A stretch of 64,000 bases of DNA from assembly GCA_963702025.1 (NCBI GenBank), contig OY969699.1:544001-608000 (forward strand), read 5' to 3'. Positions 26,568 through 37,478 of this stretch are shown piece after piece; position 1 is the first letter of the stretch; the number at the start of each line of letters is the position of its first letter. The notes beneath the pieces were generated by a model. The model worked only from the letters and a program-made list of their open reading frames with translations. It made no database searches and was not told the DNA's origin. The position numbers were made by a program, and so were the translations under genes. Origin of the DNA: an uncultured bacterium (GTDB lineage Bacteria; Babelota; Babeliae; Babelales; Vermiphilaceae).

Positions 26568-27991
26568 GGTTTCTCCTTAATAAGTTCTTCCATAGTTTTT
26601 GCGCCATATTTTTTGAGTAATGTTACTGCAAGGTCTCTGTTCGCTTGCGGGATAGCAAGCTCGCCACCATCACGAACGCCAATCGCTTGGTCGAGCAATG
26701 TGCCCTGGCCCCAATCCCAGGTGTGATATTTTTTATTTATATCTCTTCCTTGGGCAAGAAGCAATTTTATTACCTCTTCATCTCCCATGCTAGCAGCAAT
26801 ATAAAGCGGGTCAAAATATGGTTGCGTGCCGCCTTCAATTTCCTCGGGATTAGCTTGCGCAAGAGCAATTAAATTATTGGCAATATCTTGTGCGGTTATT
26901 TTTTTTGCTTTTCTAAGTTCATCGAGCGTCTTAGCACCGTATTTTTTAAGAAGTTCCACGGCTTTTTGTTTCTTTTCAGGAAAACCGTAACTTTGATCTT
27001 TCAATATTGCTTGAGCAAAATCAAGAAGAGTGCCGTAGCCAAACTCATGTGTATAATAAAATTTATTACTATTGGCACCAGCTGCCAGTAAGATTTTTAG
27101 TGTGTCTTCATGATTGTCAAATGCTGCCTGATACAATGGATCATAGGATGGCCTTGTCCCCGGTTGCAGGCGTGCTCCATGGGCAATGAGATCTTGTACC
27201 AAGGTATTGAATCCGCCGCCTGCCGCACTGGCGAGCGCGCTCAATTCCCCCGGATTGCTTCGATTGGGATCAGCCCCGCTTTCTAATAAAAAATGAATTA
27301 CGGTGGTGTTATTAAACCCTCTATGGCGCATTTCATAAATTGCTTGTTGTAATATTGAGAGAGCCGGTTCACCGCCTTGCATAGGCTCATTGATCAGATT
27401 AATTCCTTGAGTATAGAGTCTTTGTGGATGATACGTAAGAAAATCTTCATTACGCAGTAAGTATCGGGCAAAGAATAGGCTTAAGTCTGTATCTGCTCGG
27501 TTTTTATAAAGATTGCCAGAATTTATGAGAGCTTCCTTTTCATTCATCGAAAGTTTTTTATTTTTAAAGATAATTGCAAAAGTGATGAGTGGACTGTCCG
27601 GGAGTGGAAAATCTTTTATTTCTATCGCTTGTTTCGCATCTATTTGACTGGATGTTCCATCTAATGCTGTTATCAAATAAGAAAGAAAAATATCTTCTCC
27701 TCCCGGCATTTTGTTGATCATTGCCTTTATAATGGTGATAATATCCTGATTTGTTATTTTTTTATTTTTAATAATAATTGCGTTAATTAAATCGTAATAT
27801 ACATCAACTGGTAGTAAAGGAAGTTTTTGTAAGATTTGATCGGCCGGGAGTTGCGCTATTGCTTGTAATGCTTGTGATCTCAGTGATGCGGGTTCATTGA
27901 CGATTTTTTCGCATACCGGTGGTTTTTCCATGCTAGTAACTAGTTGGCCGTATGCTACTGTTATTAGAACAATAATTGTTACTTTTTTCAT
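26564..27991 (-). CDS. Secreted ankyrin-repeat protein with BC/SOCS-box-like N-terminus
   Basis: VTS-MEKP, PASLRSQALQAI...LPLLPVD, ankyrin repeats including a duplicated DPLY...GTLLD...LLKKYGAKT module. Confidence 0.8.
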   Translation of the reverse strand: MKKVTIIVLITVAYGQLVTSMEKPPVCEKIVNEPASLRSQALQAIAQLPADQILQKLPLLPVDVYYDLINAIIIKNKKITNQDIITIIKAMINKMPGGEDIFLSYLITALDGTSSQIDAKQAIEIKDFPLPDSPLITFAIIFKNKKLSMNEKEALINSGNLYKNRADTDLSLFFARYLLRNEDFLTYHPQRLYTQGINLINEPMQGGEPALSILQQAIYEMRHRGFNNTTVIHFLLESGADPNRSNPGELSALASAAGGGFNTLVQDLIAHGARLQPGTRPSYDPLYQAAFDNHEDTLKILLAAGANSNKFYYTHEFGYGTLLDFAQAILKDQSYGFPEKKQKAVELLKKYGAKTLDELRKAKKITAQDIANNLIALAQANPEEIEGGTQPYFDPLYIAASMGDEEVIKLLLAQGRDINKKYHTWDWGQGTLLDQAIGVRDGGELAIPQANRDLAVTLLKKYGAKTMEELIKEKP

Positions 27992-29004
27992 TATCGTGCT
28001 CCATTAGATTCAGGTGTTGGTAAGTTTGGATATTCATCAGTGGGTGTTATGCTATGAATGAATACTGTTGCTCCCTGATTAATAACAAATTCAGTGGCCC
28101 CGAATTTTTTATCCGTAGTGCTTCCCCAATCATAGGTGTACCCAAGCCGCGTCCAGGGAAATGGCCGATTGCCAGTATAAGTAGTTGCTCGGCGTTCGCG
28201 GAACCATTTTTTGTACTCCGGTTTTACCGGAACGTAGGTGAAAAGATCTTTATACGATTCGGGTAAAGTCGCCGGATTAGGGTTGGGCACGCAGCTTTTG
28301 CTCACAATATCAGTATTTATGCACGGTCTAAAGATATCTTGTGGCCGCACCCACATTTCCACAAAGGCATATTCATCTTTACTTTCTGGTAATCCTAAAT
28401 ATTGTTTTAAGCGTTCGCTCAGACTAATGCCCGGTGTTGGTTTTTTTAGATAGTTTTGCGCAAAGCTCTTTAATTGTGGCACCGCGGTGACCCAGATATA
28501 GACGTTTTCCATGATTGGTGTTTTAAATTCTTTGCCGACATATGCTTTATAGAACATGTTAACGGCCCACAGTGGCATCCAGGAAACCATTAAGACATGG
28601 GATTTTTGTGCATCTTTCCAAATGAGATTCTTGTTCCATGGCGAGATATCAATTAAGGCATGATCCACCTGGTCTGGGACTCCTCCTTGCTGAGTGGCAT
28701 AAACGGCGCGTAAATAGTTTTCATTGGGAATTGGGTTTAGGGGTTGGCCCTCAAAAGCCCGGCGTACATTATCAACAGTAATACGAATTTTTTCTGTGGT
28801 AATTGCTGCTTGTTCACTTACTTTTTGTTCCGATGTCTTAGCAGCTTGTTCCACTTTTTGCGCGGCTTCTTCTCCCGCTTTTTCAGCACCTTTTCTTGCT
28901 TGTTCCGCTGATTGCTTAAGGCGCTCTTCAAAAGATTGCTTTTCTAGGGCTAAAGTGCCAAAAGAGAATGCTAAACAAAATAAAAATAGTGCTTTTTTCA
29001 TCAC
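27991..29004 (-). CDS. Secreted hypothetical protein (PWTRLGYTYDWG motif)
   Basis: Signal peptide. RLKQYLGLP, FVEMWVRPQDIFRPC and PWTRLGYTYDWG look like conserved family motifs. Confidence 0.75.
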   Translation of the reverse strand: MMKKALFLFCLAFSFGTLALEKQSFEERLKQSAEQARKGAEKAGEEAAQKVEQAAKTSEQKVSEQAAITTEKIRITVDNVRRAFEGQPLNPIPNENYLRAVYATQQGGVPDQVDHALIDISPWNKNLIWKDAQKSHVLMVSWMPLWAVNMFYKAYVGKEFKTPIMENVYIWVTAVPQLKSFAQNYLKKPTPGISLSERLKQYLGLPESKDEYAFVEMWVRPQDIFRPCINTDIVSKSCVPNPNPATLPESYKDLFTYVPVKPEYKKWFRERRATTYTGNRPFPWTRLGYTYDWGSTTDKKFGATEFVINQGATVFIHSITPTDEYPNLPTPESNGAR

Positions 29005-29105
29005 GGTACCTTAAATAATAATTTCCTATTTGAAATTATAGCAGGGAGACGTAGAAAAAAGCAAAAAAATACTTTTTTGGTGGTAAAAGGAGCTAGAATA
29101 AAGGG

Positions 29106-29540
29106 TTAAAACGGGCTACTTTTTTTCAATGTCTGGGCATACGCAGTCAAAAGCCTAATCATTTCGATCTTGGTAGAATCGGGTAAATTGTTAAACCAGT
29201 CTTCTACTTGTTTATGAGTCACCTGACCGCGAATCTCTATGCCTTTGAATGCCTGGACAATAATATTAACCACATTGGCTGCTGCTTGAAAAAGTGCCGG
29301 ACCGGCAACGGCCGGATTATGGGGATCAGTAGTAAAAGTGCCCAGTGCGGCAAGCATGCCGCCAAAATTAGTCAGAATTACTGCCTCATCTTCATCATAG
29401 TCATCATCATCTTCTTCTTCATCGTGGGCTTGGACAACAACAGGCTTTTCTTGAGGTTTTGGTTTTTTGCGGTATGGTGTGGTCGGTGGTATCGCAATGG
29501 CAGCAGCAGTTATAAGTGATAATAAAAGATAGAGCTTCAT
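29106..29540 (-). CDS. Secreted hypothetical protein with acidic tract
   Basis: AGGAG RBS before MKLYLL. Signal peptide. Confidence 0.7.
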   Translation of the reverse strand: MKLYLLLSLITAAAIAIPPTTPYRKKPKPQEKPVVVQAHDEEEDDDDYDEDEAVILTNFGGMLAALGTFTTDPHNPAVAGPALFQAAANVVNIIVQAFKGIEIRGQVTHKQVEDWFNNLPDSTKIEMIRLLTAYAQTLKKSSPF

Positions 29541-29550
29541 TTTTTCTCCT

Positions 29551-29967
29551 TTATAGTTGTATTCGATCAATTATCTTTTGCATTAACTGGCAATAACTTG
29601 GTAAATGTGTAGAAATTTCTTGCGCGAGTGGTTCATTGTAGGTATGGGATGTTAGATTCCGATCAGCAACCATTTTATTAATTTTTTCAAGTTCTTCCTT
29701 GGAAACAAGATTTACTGCTAAAGCCTCTCTAAAAACTGACCGTGGCGTTGGCGTTTGAACTATAATCCCGTGCTTGTACTCTAAATAATCTTTTACGAGT
29801 TTCCACAGGGTGTCAATAGAAAATTCAAAAGACTGAATTGCTGAATTTCGAAACTGACAATGGTATTTTTTATGTTCAGGATCATTTGATGCTAGAAGAA
29901 TAATATCTTCTTTTAATCTTTTAAGTGCATTACTCGCAGCCAAATATCGTGCCTTTATTGCTTCCAT
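29551..29967 (-). CDS. HEPN-type nucleotidyltransferase substrate-binding protein (HI0074 family), putative toxin
   Basis: IQSFEFS...WK and DRNLTSHTY (RX4HXY) motifs. Confidence 0.85.
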   Translation of the reverse strand: MEAIKARYLAASNALKRLKEDIILLASNDPEHKKYHCQFRNSAIQSFEFSIDTLWKLVKDYLEYKHGIIVQTPTPRSVFREALAVNLVSKEELEKINKMVADRNLTSHTYNEPLAQEISTHLPSYCQLMQKIIDRIQL

Positions 29968-30263
29968 ACTATTTTTTCTTTTTTTATTATTTCTTGCATA
30001 GTGTCAGATACATGATGAAAATCAACAATATCAACCTTATAGGGAATATTTAAAGAGGACATCACCGCATTGGCCTCATCTATATTTTCTATGGGAAGCT
30101 GTTTGTCGGCATCGATTGCAATATCAATATCTGAAAAGGGACTATTTTTACCGGTTGCTCGAGATCCAAAAAGATATATTTTTGCCGTTGGGAAAAGAAC
30201 AATCAATAATGCAATAATCTTATTTTTTATTGATTGTTCAAGTTGTTTGTCATTGTTATTCAT
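29955..30263 (-). CDS. Minimal nucleotidyltransferase (MNT), putative antitoxin
   Basis: LFGSRATG...SDIDIA and VDIVD motifs. Overlaps the HEPN gene. Confidence 0.9.
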   Translation of the reverse strand: MNNNDKQLEQSIKNKIIALLIVLFPTAKIYLFGSRATGKNSPFSDIDIAIDADKQLPIENIDEANAVMSSLNIPYKVDIVDFHHVSDTMQEIIKKEKIVWKQ

Positions 30264-30314
30264 AGTCTATTTCCTTTTTTATTGAAAAATAGTGCTTTAG
30301 TTTTTGCGCGACAT

Positions 30315-31652
30315 TTATTCATCAATTAAAGGGGCTTGATCATCTTTACTTTCGGCATTTTTTTCTTCAAAAATCAATACCTGCAATACTCGTTTGTTGC
30401 TCGCCTTTTGCACTTGGAAATAATATTTTTTATATAAAAAGCGCTCACCTTTTTTAGGCAAGTGTTGCAACTGTTCGGTTATAAAACCGCCTAAGGTAAC
30501 TGAATCTTCCGTTTCAAAGGTGATGTGTAATAGATCAGTAATATCTTCAAGGGGTGTGCTTGCGTCAACCAACCAGCCACCTTGCTTGAGTTGTACAATA
30601 TGTTCAGTTTTTGGTTCAAGCTCGTCGCGCAATTCGCCCACAATTTCTTCGAGCACGTCTTCAAGGGTAATCAGGCCGGTGATGCTGCCATGCTCGTTGA
30701 TCACAATAGCAATATGCATATGCTTATTCTTAAATTCACGCAACATTTGGCTCACTTTGATGCTTTCGGGAATAAATAAAATCGGCCGCAAAATATCTTG
30801 CAGCGGTTTATGTTCACTTTTTTCATCTTTGGTGAGCAGCATAAAGACATCTTTTAAGTGGACCATACCGATGATATTATCAGTCTTTTTTTCATAGACC
30901 GGTAACCGGGTAAATGGATGATCGGCAAAAACGGCCAATGCATCTTTAATGGTTGAATCCGAGGTGATCATAACAATATCAGTGGCTGGCACCATAATCT
31001 CTTTAACCGGCGTTTTGCCTAATTCAAAAATGTTTTGGAGCATCTCATTTTTTTCTTCTTCAATAAGACCTTTACCATAAATATAGTCGATCAAAAATTG
31101 AATTTCGCGCTCGGATGACACCCATTCGCTGGCAGCCTCCATATCCTTTTGTCCACCAATTTTTGCAACTACAAATGAGGTGAAGCGATTGAGGAAAGTG
31201 ACCAAGGGATAAAAGAGATAAAAAATTATATTAATGAGCCATAGCGTTGATTTAAATAAGCGTTCACTGCGTCCTTTTGCCAGATTTTTGGGAATTATTT
31301 CACCGAATATTAAAATGGCGATGGTTGCCACCGCAATACCAAAGGTAAATCCGAGCCCACCCGCAAGATTAAATCGTTTGAAAATGGTTTCCATAATCAT
31401 GGTGGCAAGTGCGGCAGTAGTTACATCGGCAAGACTATTGCAGATTAAAATAGTAATGAGTACGCGATGAGGGCTTGTTTCTAATGATTTGAATAGATCC
31501 GAATAGCGTCCGTAAGTATTGGCAAGCTCTTTCAGTTTAAAAAGCCTTAGTGCGGTTATGCTTGTCTCTAAAAATGAAAAGAGGGCGCGCAAACTCAACG
31601 CAATAAAAAAACAGATTATCGGTAATGTTAAAGAGGTACTCAGACTATCCAT
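30315..31652 (-). CDS. CNNM/CBS/CorC-HlyC hemolysin-family membrane protein
   Basis: FSFLETSI, IFGEIIPK, TRLPVY and GLITLEDVLEEIVGE motifs. Confidence 0.9.
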   Translation of the reverse strand: MDSLSTSLTLPIICFFIALSLRALFSFLETSITALRLFKLKELANTYGRYSDLFKSLETSPHRVLITILICNSLADVTTAALATMIMETIFKRFNLAGGLGFTFGIAVATIAILIFGEIIPKNLAKGRSERLFKSTLWLINIIFYLFYPLVTFLNRFTSFVVAKIGGQKDMEAASEWVSSEREIQFLIDYIYGKGLIEEEKNEMLQNIFELGKTPVKEIMVPATDIVMITSDSTIKDALAVFADHPFTRLPVYEKKTDNIIGMVHLKDVFMLLTKDEKSEHKPLQDILRPILFIPESIKVSQMLREFKNKHMHIAIVINEHGSITGLITLEDVLEEIVGELRDELEPKTEHIVQLKQGGWLVDASTPLEDITDLLHITFETEDSVTLGGFITEQLQHLPKKGERFLYKKYYFQVQKASNKRVLQVLIFEEKNAESKDDQAPLIDE

Positions 31653-31684
31653 ATAATTATTTTTTTCCTTTTAAAAATGCTTCA

Positions 31685-33850
31685 TTATTCTTTATCTAAT
31701 GATGAGTCATCATCACTTGTTTCAGGTTCATTATCGTCAAAAAATTCTTGATCAAACTCTTTCTCAAAGAATGTCTTGAGTTTTTTGCTGCGTGAAGGGT
31801 GACGAAGTTTGCGTAATGCTTTAACTTCTATCTGGCGAATGCGTTCACGAGTAACAGAAAAATCCTTACCCACTTCTTCCAAAGTATGCTCGGAAGCAAC
31901 ATCTATGCCAAAACGCATTTTCAATACTTTTTCTTCGCGCGGTGTTAATGATTTTAACACTTCCCGCACACGTTCTTTAAGATCATTATTAGCTACTGTA
32001 TCCGATGGTGAAAAATCAGTATCACTTTCTATAAAATCCTTAATAGAGGCATCTTCACTATCGCCGACCGGTGTTTCCAGTGAAATTGGCTCTTTAGAGA
32101 TTTTGATAATATTCTTGATCTTTTTCTCATCAATATTAAGCTCTTTGGCCAACTCGGCATAGCTTGGTTCTCGGCCATGTTCTTGAATAAAGGTACGCTT
32201 AATTTTATTGATTTTATTTAAGGTTTCTACCATGTGGACCGGTACACGAATAGTACGTGATTGGTCGGCAATGGCACGCGTAATTGCTTGGCGGATCCAC
32301 CACGTTGCGTAGGTTGAGAATTTAAATCCTCGTTCGAACTCAAACTTTTCAACCGCTTTCATAAGACCGATGTTGCCTTCTTGGATCAAATCAAGGAAAT
32401 GCAATCCGCGGTTAACATATTTTTTGGCTATATTTACCACAAGGCGGAGGTTTGCTTTTGCAAGATCATCTTTGGCGCGTTTATCTTTAATCTGTGCTGT
32501 CATTAAAAGATTAAACGTTTTGAACATCTGATTTTGTGGCATGCCAACTTCTGTTTCTATCTTTTTAATGCTTTTGATAGAGCTGCGCAAGTTACGTTCA
32601 AGCTCTTCCATCACCGAGTTATCTTCTGCGCTCAACGTGGTCATACCTTGGTATGCCTTAAGCTGGTCCTGAGAAAATCTGATAATATCTTCTTTTTCTC
32701 TAATTTTCTTAATATATTTTTCAATTTTTTTGGCAAGCTTTTTAATAAGCTTGTTTGATAATTTGATGGTGCGAATGGTCTCGCCGATTTTTTCTTTATT
32801 TTGGCGAACCTTCTTTAACATCTCGTCTTTTTTAGCTTCAGAATCGAGCTTGCCACGATAACTGTGATAGATCTTTTCTTCGTTAGAAATCAGATCTTTA
32901 ATGGCATTGATGGTGATTAAGAGAGCCTTTTTTTCCTCTTCGATATTGGGGGAGTTTTCTTCATCAAATTCAGAGAACTGTATGATATCTTTGAGGGGCA
33001 TGCTATTTTGTTGGAGCTTTTCGCCAATGGTTACAAACTCTTTATGAATTACCGGGAAGCGCGAAAGCGAATCAATAGATTCTTTTTTACTGGAAGCTAT
33101 TTTTTCAGCGATTACTGTTTCTGTTTTTTTATTCAGTAGTGGAATTTTACCAATATCGCGCAAATAACATTTTACCGGGTCGGTAATTTGAGAATTGCCA
33201 ATTTCGCGGACCGTGTCTTTTTCATCTTCTTCTTCTTCCGATTCATCTTCATCGTATTGATCGGTTTGAAGATCCAAAGAACTTTCTAATTTTGTTTTGG
33301 CATCAAGACGTGCGCCTTCTGCTTCATCTTCCAATACTAAAGATCCGGCCTCAACATCAAGCTCATCTTGCATGATAAGATCAATATGTTCTCTTTCGAG
33401 CGTTTTAAGGATATCGTTGATCTCTTGTTCGCTCAGATGATTCTTATCACCAAATTCTATTATTTCTTCGTAGGTTAAGAAATTGGTTCGTTTTCCTTTT
33501 TCAATTAACTCTTCGGTTAATTCTTTCTTTAAATCAGTAATTTGTGCGCTTGTTGCGGTTGTTTTTTCGGTGGGCGGTGCCGCTTTTGGGCGCGCCTTTA
33601 CGGCCTTTACGGGAGCCTGTTTTTTTTGTGGTGCTGCAACGGGAGTAGCCGGGGCTGCCGCTTTGTGATCAACCTCTTTTTTTGGTGCAACAAAGGAAGA
33701 TTTTTTTTCAGTTTTTTCAACTGTTTGTTTAGGCTTTGCAGCTTTAGCTATCGGCTTTGGCTTTTTTTCTATTGTTTCTTTTTTAACGGGTTTTGCAACC
33801 GGTTTTTTACCTTTTACGATCTCAGTGATTTTTTCTAGTAATTTTCTCAT
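31685..33850 (-). CDS. rpoD: RNA polymerase primary sigma factor RpoD
   Basis: [37 protein letters not shown] and TRERIRQIE motifs. Confidence 0.97.
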   Translation of the reverse strand: MRKLLEKITEIVKGKKPVAKPVKKETIEKKPKPIAKAAKPKQTVEKTEKKSSFVAPKKEVDHKAAAPATPVAAPQKKQAPVKAVKARPKAAPPTEKTTATSAQITDLKKELTEELIEKGKRTNFLTYEEIIEFGDKNHLSEQEINDILKTLEREHIDLIMQDELDVEAGSLVLEDEAEGARLDAKTKLESSLDLQTDQYDEDESEEEEDEKDTVREIGNSQITDPVKCYLRDIGKIPLLNKKTETVIAEKIASSKKESIDSLSRFPVIHKEFVTIGEKLQQNSMPLKDIIQFSEFDEENSPNIEEEKKALLITINAIKDLISNEEKIYHSYRGKLDSEAKKDEMLKKVRQNKEKIGETIRTIKLSNKLIKKLAKKIEKYIKKIREKEDIIRFSQDQLKAYQGMTTLSAEDNSVMEELERNLRSSIKSIKKIETEVGMPQNQMFKTFNLLMTAQIKDKRAKDDLAKANLRLVVNIAKKYVNRGLHFLDLIQEGNIGLMKAVEKFEFERGFKFSTYATWWIRQAITRAIADQSRTIRVPVHMVETLNKINKIKRTFIQEHGREPSYAELAKELNIDEKKIKNIIKISKEPISLETPVGDSEDASIKDFIESDTDFSPSDTVANNDLKERVREVLKSLTPREEKVLKMRFGIDVASEHTLEEVGKDFSVTRERIRQIEVKALRKLRHPSRSKKLKTFFEKEFDQEFFDDNEPETSDDDSSLDKE

Positions 33851-33859
33851 AGTACCCCC

Positions 33860-35626
33860 TTACTCAGGTAATAGATTTCCAATAATCTTTTTTTTCAAAG
33901 CGGCAAAATCATGCATAATGGTAGTAATCTGCGCATGATCACCCATCTGTTTTGCAGCCTCTAATTTTATTTTTATAGTATTTACAATCACTTTCCAATG
34001 TTTCTTTTGTAATTGTATTACCAACTGCTCAAACTGTGCAGATGAAATTTCCTCTTGAGTGGTCAAGAGTGTTTTGCTAACATACGTTTTTTCATGCTCT
34101 TCAAGCGATTCAAAGAATTGAATGAACCCTAATTCGGGAGCTCGTTTTTTTTCTTCCTGTAGTCGTTTAAGTATATCGTTTATTGGATAGGGAAGATAGG
34201 TTATCAGGAATTCTTCATTTTCTTCAGTTATCAAATGTATGTTATTTATTATACTAAAAAATATTTTATTTTCTAGTGTAGTTATTGTCTTCCCGAGGCT
34301 TTTACCATCCCCCAGGACAGGTTCCGGAGCCAGTTTTAGTGGTTTTGATTTGGTCAAGAGGCGATTGAGCTCATTTTTTAGGGATTCAACGGGAATTTGC
34401 AGATGTTTGCTGCTTTCCTGCAGTAGAATATCGTGCTTAAGGGGTTCCTCAACTTTACTGATCATTTCAAGTATTTTATGGGTAAGCTGCATCTTATGGC
34501 CAAGCCCTTTCTGGGCAAACCCAGTCCCCAATGTTTCAATGAAAAAGCTAAATATGTCTTTTGATTCAATTATCAGGGGGTTAAGATCCAACCCTTTTGT
34601 TAAATACGAGGCGGGATCCTCTCCCGAGGGCAAGCAAACTACTTGTAGATCAAGGCTAGCTTGCCAGGCTAACTGACCAATGCGCAGTATGGCCTGTTGG
34701 CCAGCGTTATCCCCATCATAGAGTACATACAAGCGTGATGTATAGCGCGCAAGAATCTCTAGGTGATCGAGGGTGCAGGCAGTGCCCAGGGTGGCCACCG
34801 TGTTGGCAAACCCATACTGGGCCATGGCAATACAATCGGTATAGCCTTCAACTAAAAATACTGCCTCTTTTGTTTGAATTTCTTTTTTTGCTCTGTCTAG
34901 CCCAAAAAGAAGCTTTCCTTTTAAAAATGACTCGTTTTCGTGCGAATTGTAATACTTGGGCCGAGTGTCATGAGCGGCAAAAGTTCTACCCCCAAAGCCG
35001 CAGTATCTCCCCAAATGGTCGGCTATGGGAAAAATAATGCGTTCTTCAAAGGGAGAAAAGAGGATATTCTTGCCCCGTGAAAGAATATGGGTTTCTAAAA
35101 GGTCATCCACTAAAATATTTTGTTTGCCCAGATCGGTGGTCAATTTTTTGATATTACTCAACCCGCCCGGCAGATAACCGATCATAAACTGTTCAATGCT
35201 TTTTTTGGAAAGACCACGTTTAGTGAGATACGATAACGCGGCAGTCGAATTTAACACCTGTTTGTTGCACCATTGGGCAAATGTTTGGCAAATCAGGAAA
35301 TAATGTTGATCATTTTTATGTGATGCGCCAAAATCGCTGGCCAGAGTTGAAGGTAGCTCGATTTGATATCGATCAATGAGCTGTTTTGCTGCTTCCATTT
35401 GCGAGCAATTCTCTTTGCGTGCAATAAAGGCGATAACGTCCCCGCCAACATGGCAGCCAAAGCAATAAAAGATTTCTTTGTGCGGGCTTACAGTGAATGA
35501 TGCGGTTTTTTCTGCGTGAAAAGGACATTGCCCTTTCCAATAGAGGCCCGCTTTTTTTAGGGTTGCATATTCACTGACTACATCAAGAATGGCTATGCGT
35601 GTCTTTAAATAACTAAAAAGGTTCAT
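33860..35626 (-). CDS. dnaG: DNA primase
   Basis: CPFH...CFGC zinc finger, KYYNS, VEGYTD, YDGDNAG. Likely start MNLFSY overlapping the lgt stop (ATGA). Confidence 0.95.
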   Translation of the reverse strand: MNLFSYLKTRIAILDVVSEYATLKKAGLYWKGQCPFHAEKTASFTVSPHKEIFYCFGCHVGGDVIAFIARKENCSQMEAAKQLIDRYQIELPSTLASDFGASHKNDQHYFLICQTFAQWCNKQVLNSTAALSYLTKRGLSKKSIEQFMIGYLPGGLSNIKKLTTDLGKQNILVDDLLETHILSRGKNILFSPFEERIIFPIADHLGRYCGFGGRTFAAHDTRPKYYNSHENESFLKGKLLFGLDRAKKEIQTKEAVFLVEGYTDCIAMAQYGFANTVATLGTACTLDHLEILARYTSRLYVLYDGDNAGQQAILRIGQLAWQASLDLQVVCLPSGEDPASYLTKGLDLNPLIIESKDIFSFFIETLGTGFAQKGLGHKMQLTHKILEMISKVEEPLKHDILLQESSKHLQIPVESLKNELNRLLTKSKPLKLAPEPVLGDGKSLGKTITTLENKIFFSIINNIHLITEENEEFLITYLPYPINDILKRLQEEKKRAPELGFIQFFESLEEHEKTYVSKTLLTTQEEISSAQFEQLVIQLQKKHWKVIVNTIKIKLEAAKQMGDHAQITTIMHDFAALKKKIIGNLLPE

Positions 35627-36408
35627 GATGGTGCAAATTTTTTGGAGAGTTTCAGATATATAAAAGTAACGCCGGATAAAATCATAATAATAAGTGCCAA
35701 AAGTTGCGGCACGGAAATTGATGATAGTAACCAAAGATGTAAAAATTCACGATCCGCGCGCCAGAAATCAATGATAAATCGTTCGGCACTCGAGAGCACT
35801 AGGTATAAACAGGCAAGTTGCCCCGGCACTTTGCATTGATATTGTGCGTAAAAAAACATAAAAAGAAAGATTACAAAAAGAGCGAAAGCGCTATAGAGTT
35901 GCGTGGGATGAAGCGGTTGATGGGCCAGTTCCTCAATGGGGCATGATGGATTGATGACCCCAATCCATAACCCGGTTGGCAGACCAAAACAACAACCGGC
36001 AAAAAAACAACCGACGCGTGATACTGATTGCAACAACGGAATATAAATTGCAGCAACATCCAAAAACGGAACAATAGGAATTTTAAGCTTTTTTAAATAA
36101 AATGGTGCCACTAGTAAAAGAGCAATAACTGCTCCCATTAAAGAAAAGCCACCTTCCCAGATCTTAAAAATTGCACTAAAAGATTCAAGAGATTGCCAGT
36201 TACTTGCCAGAAAGAGTAATCTGCCGCCGATGATGCTTGCGATTATTGCCAGCGATAACAGGTTAAAATACTCGTCAACGCTCATCATCTTTTTGATGCG
36301 GCGATCTTTAAGCAGGAGTGTGCTAAAGAGTATTATCCCGATAACAATAAAAACGCCGAAGCTTTTTATGGAAAAAGGACCATATAAATGAATAATATCC
36401 GGTCGCAT
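35623..36408 (-). CDS. lgt: Prolipoprotein diacylglyceryl transferase
   Basis: GGRL, IWEGG, RVGCFFAGCCFG, HPTQLY and RFIIDFWR motifs. Confidence 0.92.
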   Translation of the reverse strand: MRPDIIHLYGPFSIKSFGVFIVIGIILFSTLLLKDRRIKKMMSVDEYFNLLSLAIIASIIGGRLLFLASNWQSLESFSAIFKIWEGGFSLMGAVIALLLVAPFYLKKLKIPIVPFLDVAAIYIPLLQSVSRVGCFFAGCCFGLPTGLWIGVINPSCPIEELAHQPLHPTQLYSAFALFVIFLFMFFYAQYQCKVPGQLACLYLVLSSAERFIIDFWRADREFLHLWLLSSISVPQLLALIIMILSGVTFIYLKLSKKFAPS

Positions 36409-36532
36409 ATTAGTCTCTTATAAAACGGTTGGGTGCTGTATGTTTCACTATAGACCAATTTATAGATTTTAACGAATATTTATTTATTTTTTTGTTGCTT
36501 TAGCGGGAAATAATTACGCCAGAGTGTAGTTC

Positions 36533-37282
36533 TTAGTTGGTTTCTGTGTTGTTGGTAAGTTTTGGCAAATGAATATAAACATCCGACCAGGTTGGCATAC
36601 TTTTTCTATGGGATAGCAAGAAACGGATAAAACCCATACATTTATCAACTACGCCGCATTCTTTAAATAACGGGTGCAATGCTTCTTGTTTATATACCAG
36701 TTCTGCCACCGCATGTTGACCTTGATGGTCAAGATCGGAAGCATTATAATGGCAATCATAGACAAAGTGGAGCGAAGGAAATATATTCAACATGGATTTT
36801 ATCCATTCGGGCATGCGCAATAATGCTGCAACAGTTCTTAAGCTTAGCTTGCCGTCAAAGGTGAATTTATCATTGTGAACCGGTACTTGATTAATGTCAT
36901 TGAAAGGAATTTTTTCGCCATTGATGTGGATGGTTAAAAATTCCAGGATCTCTTTTCTTGTATTTTCGTCTTTTTCTAGTTCGTTAATAAGTTTTAGCCA
37001 GTCTTCGATATCATTTTGGAAGACAACTTGTGATAATTTAGGGCGTTCTTGTGTTGCTGGCTTTTGATGCAACAATTGCTTAATTTTGTTTTCCAGCTGA
37101 TTAGAATATGCGCCTTCTTGCGTGTGATTTTCTTGCGAGTTGATCAATGATGTTGGATGTGTTTTGCCATTTGAATTTTTGGTTTCAATTGTTTGATCGT
37201 TGGGGGTTGCTAGGGTGATGCAGGCGCAGAATAACAGACTAAGACTTAATATTCTATATATAAAACTATCAGTTACTTTCAT
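36533..37282 (-). CDS. Secreted hypothetical protein
   Basis: Signal peptide, GGAG RBS, 249-aa ORF. Confidence 0.65.
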   Translation of the reverse strand: MKVTDSFIYRILSLSLLFCACITLATPNDQTIETKNSNGKTHPTSLINSQENHTQEGAYSNQLENKIKQLLHQKPATQERPKLSQVVFQNDIEDWLKLINELEKDENTRKEILEFLTIHINGEKIPFNDINQVPVHNDKFTFDGKLSLRTVAALLRMPEWIKSMLNIFPSLHFVYDCHYNASDLDHQGQHAVAELVYKQEALHPLFKECGVVDKCMGFIRFLLSHRKSMPTWSDVYIHLPKLTNNTETN

Positions 37283-37478
37283 AATGGGTCTCCAGTGTTA
37301 AATAGAGATTCATGTATGTGATTATTTCTGTTCATTAACCCTATTATAGCATAATACGGGGAAATAACCAAAAATAGGACCCGTAATGCACAAATATTAT
37401 TGATAAATGTGCCATTTGTAAATATTAAATTGTCATGACCCGTGCCATTCAAGAGTTTCGGGAAAGGAGGGGATTCTT

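Noticed and set aside
35627..35734. N-terminal extension of DnaG given in the ORF track
   Set aside because: It overlaps lgt. The ATGA-coupled start at 35626 fits typical primase length.
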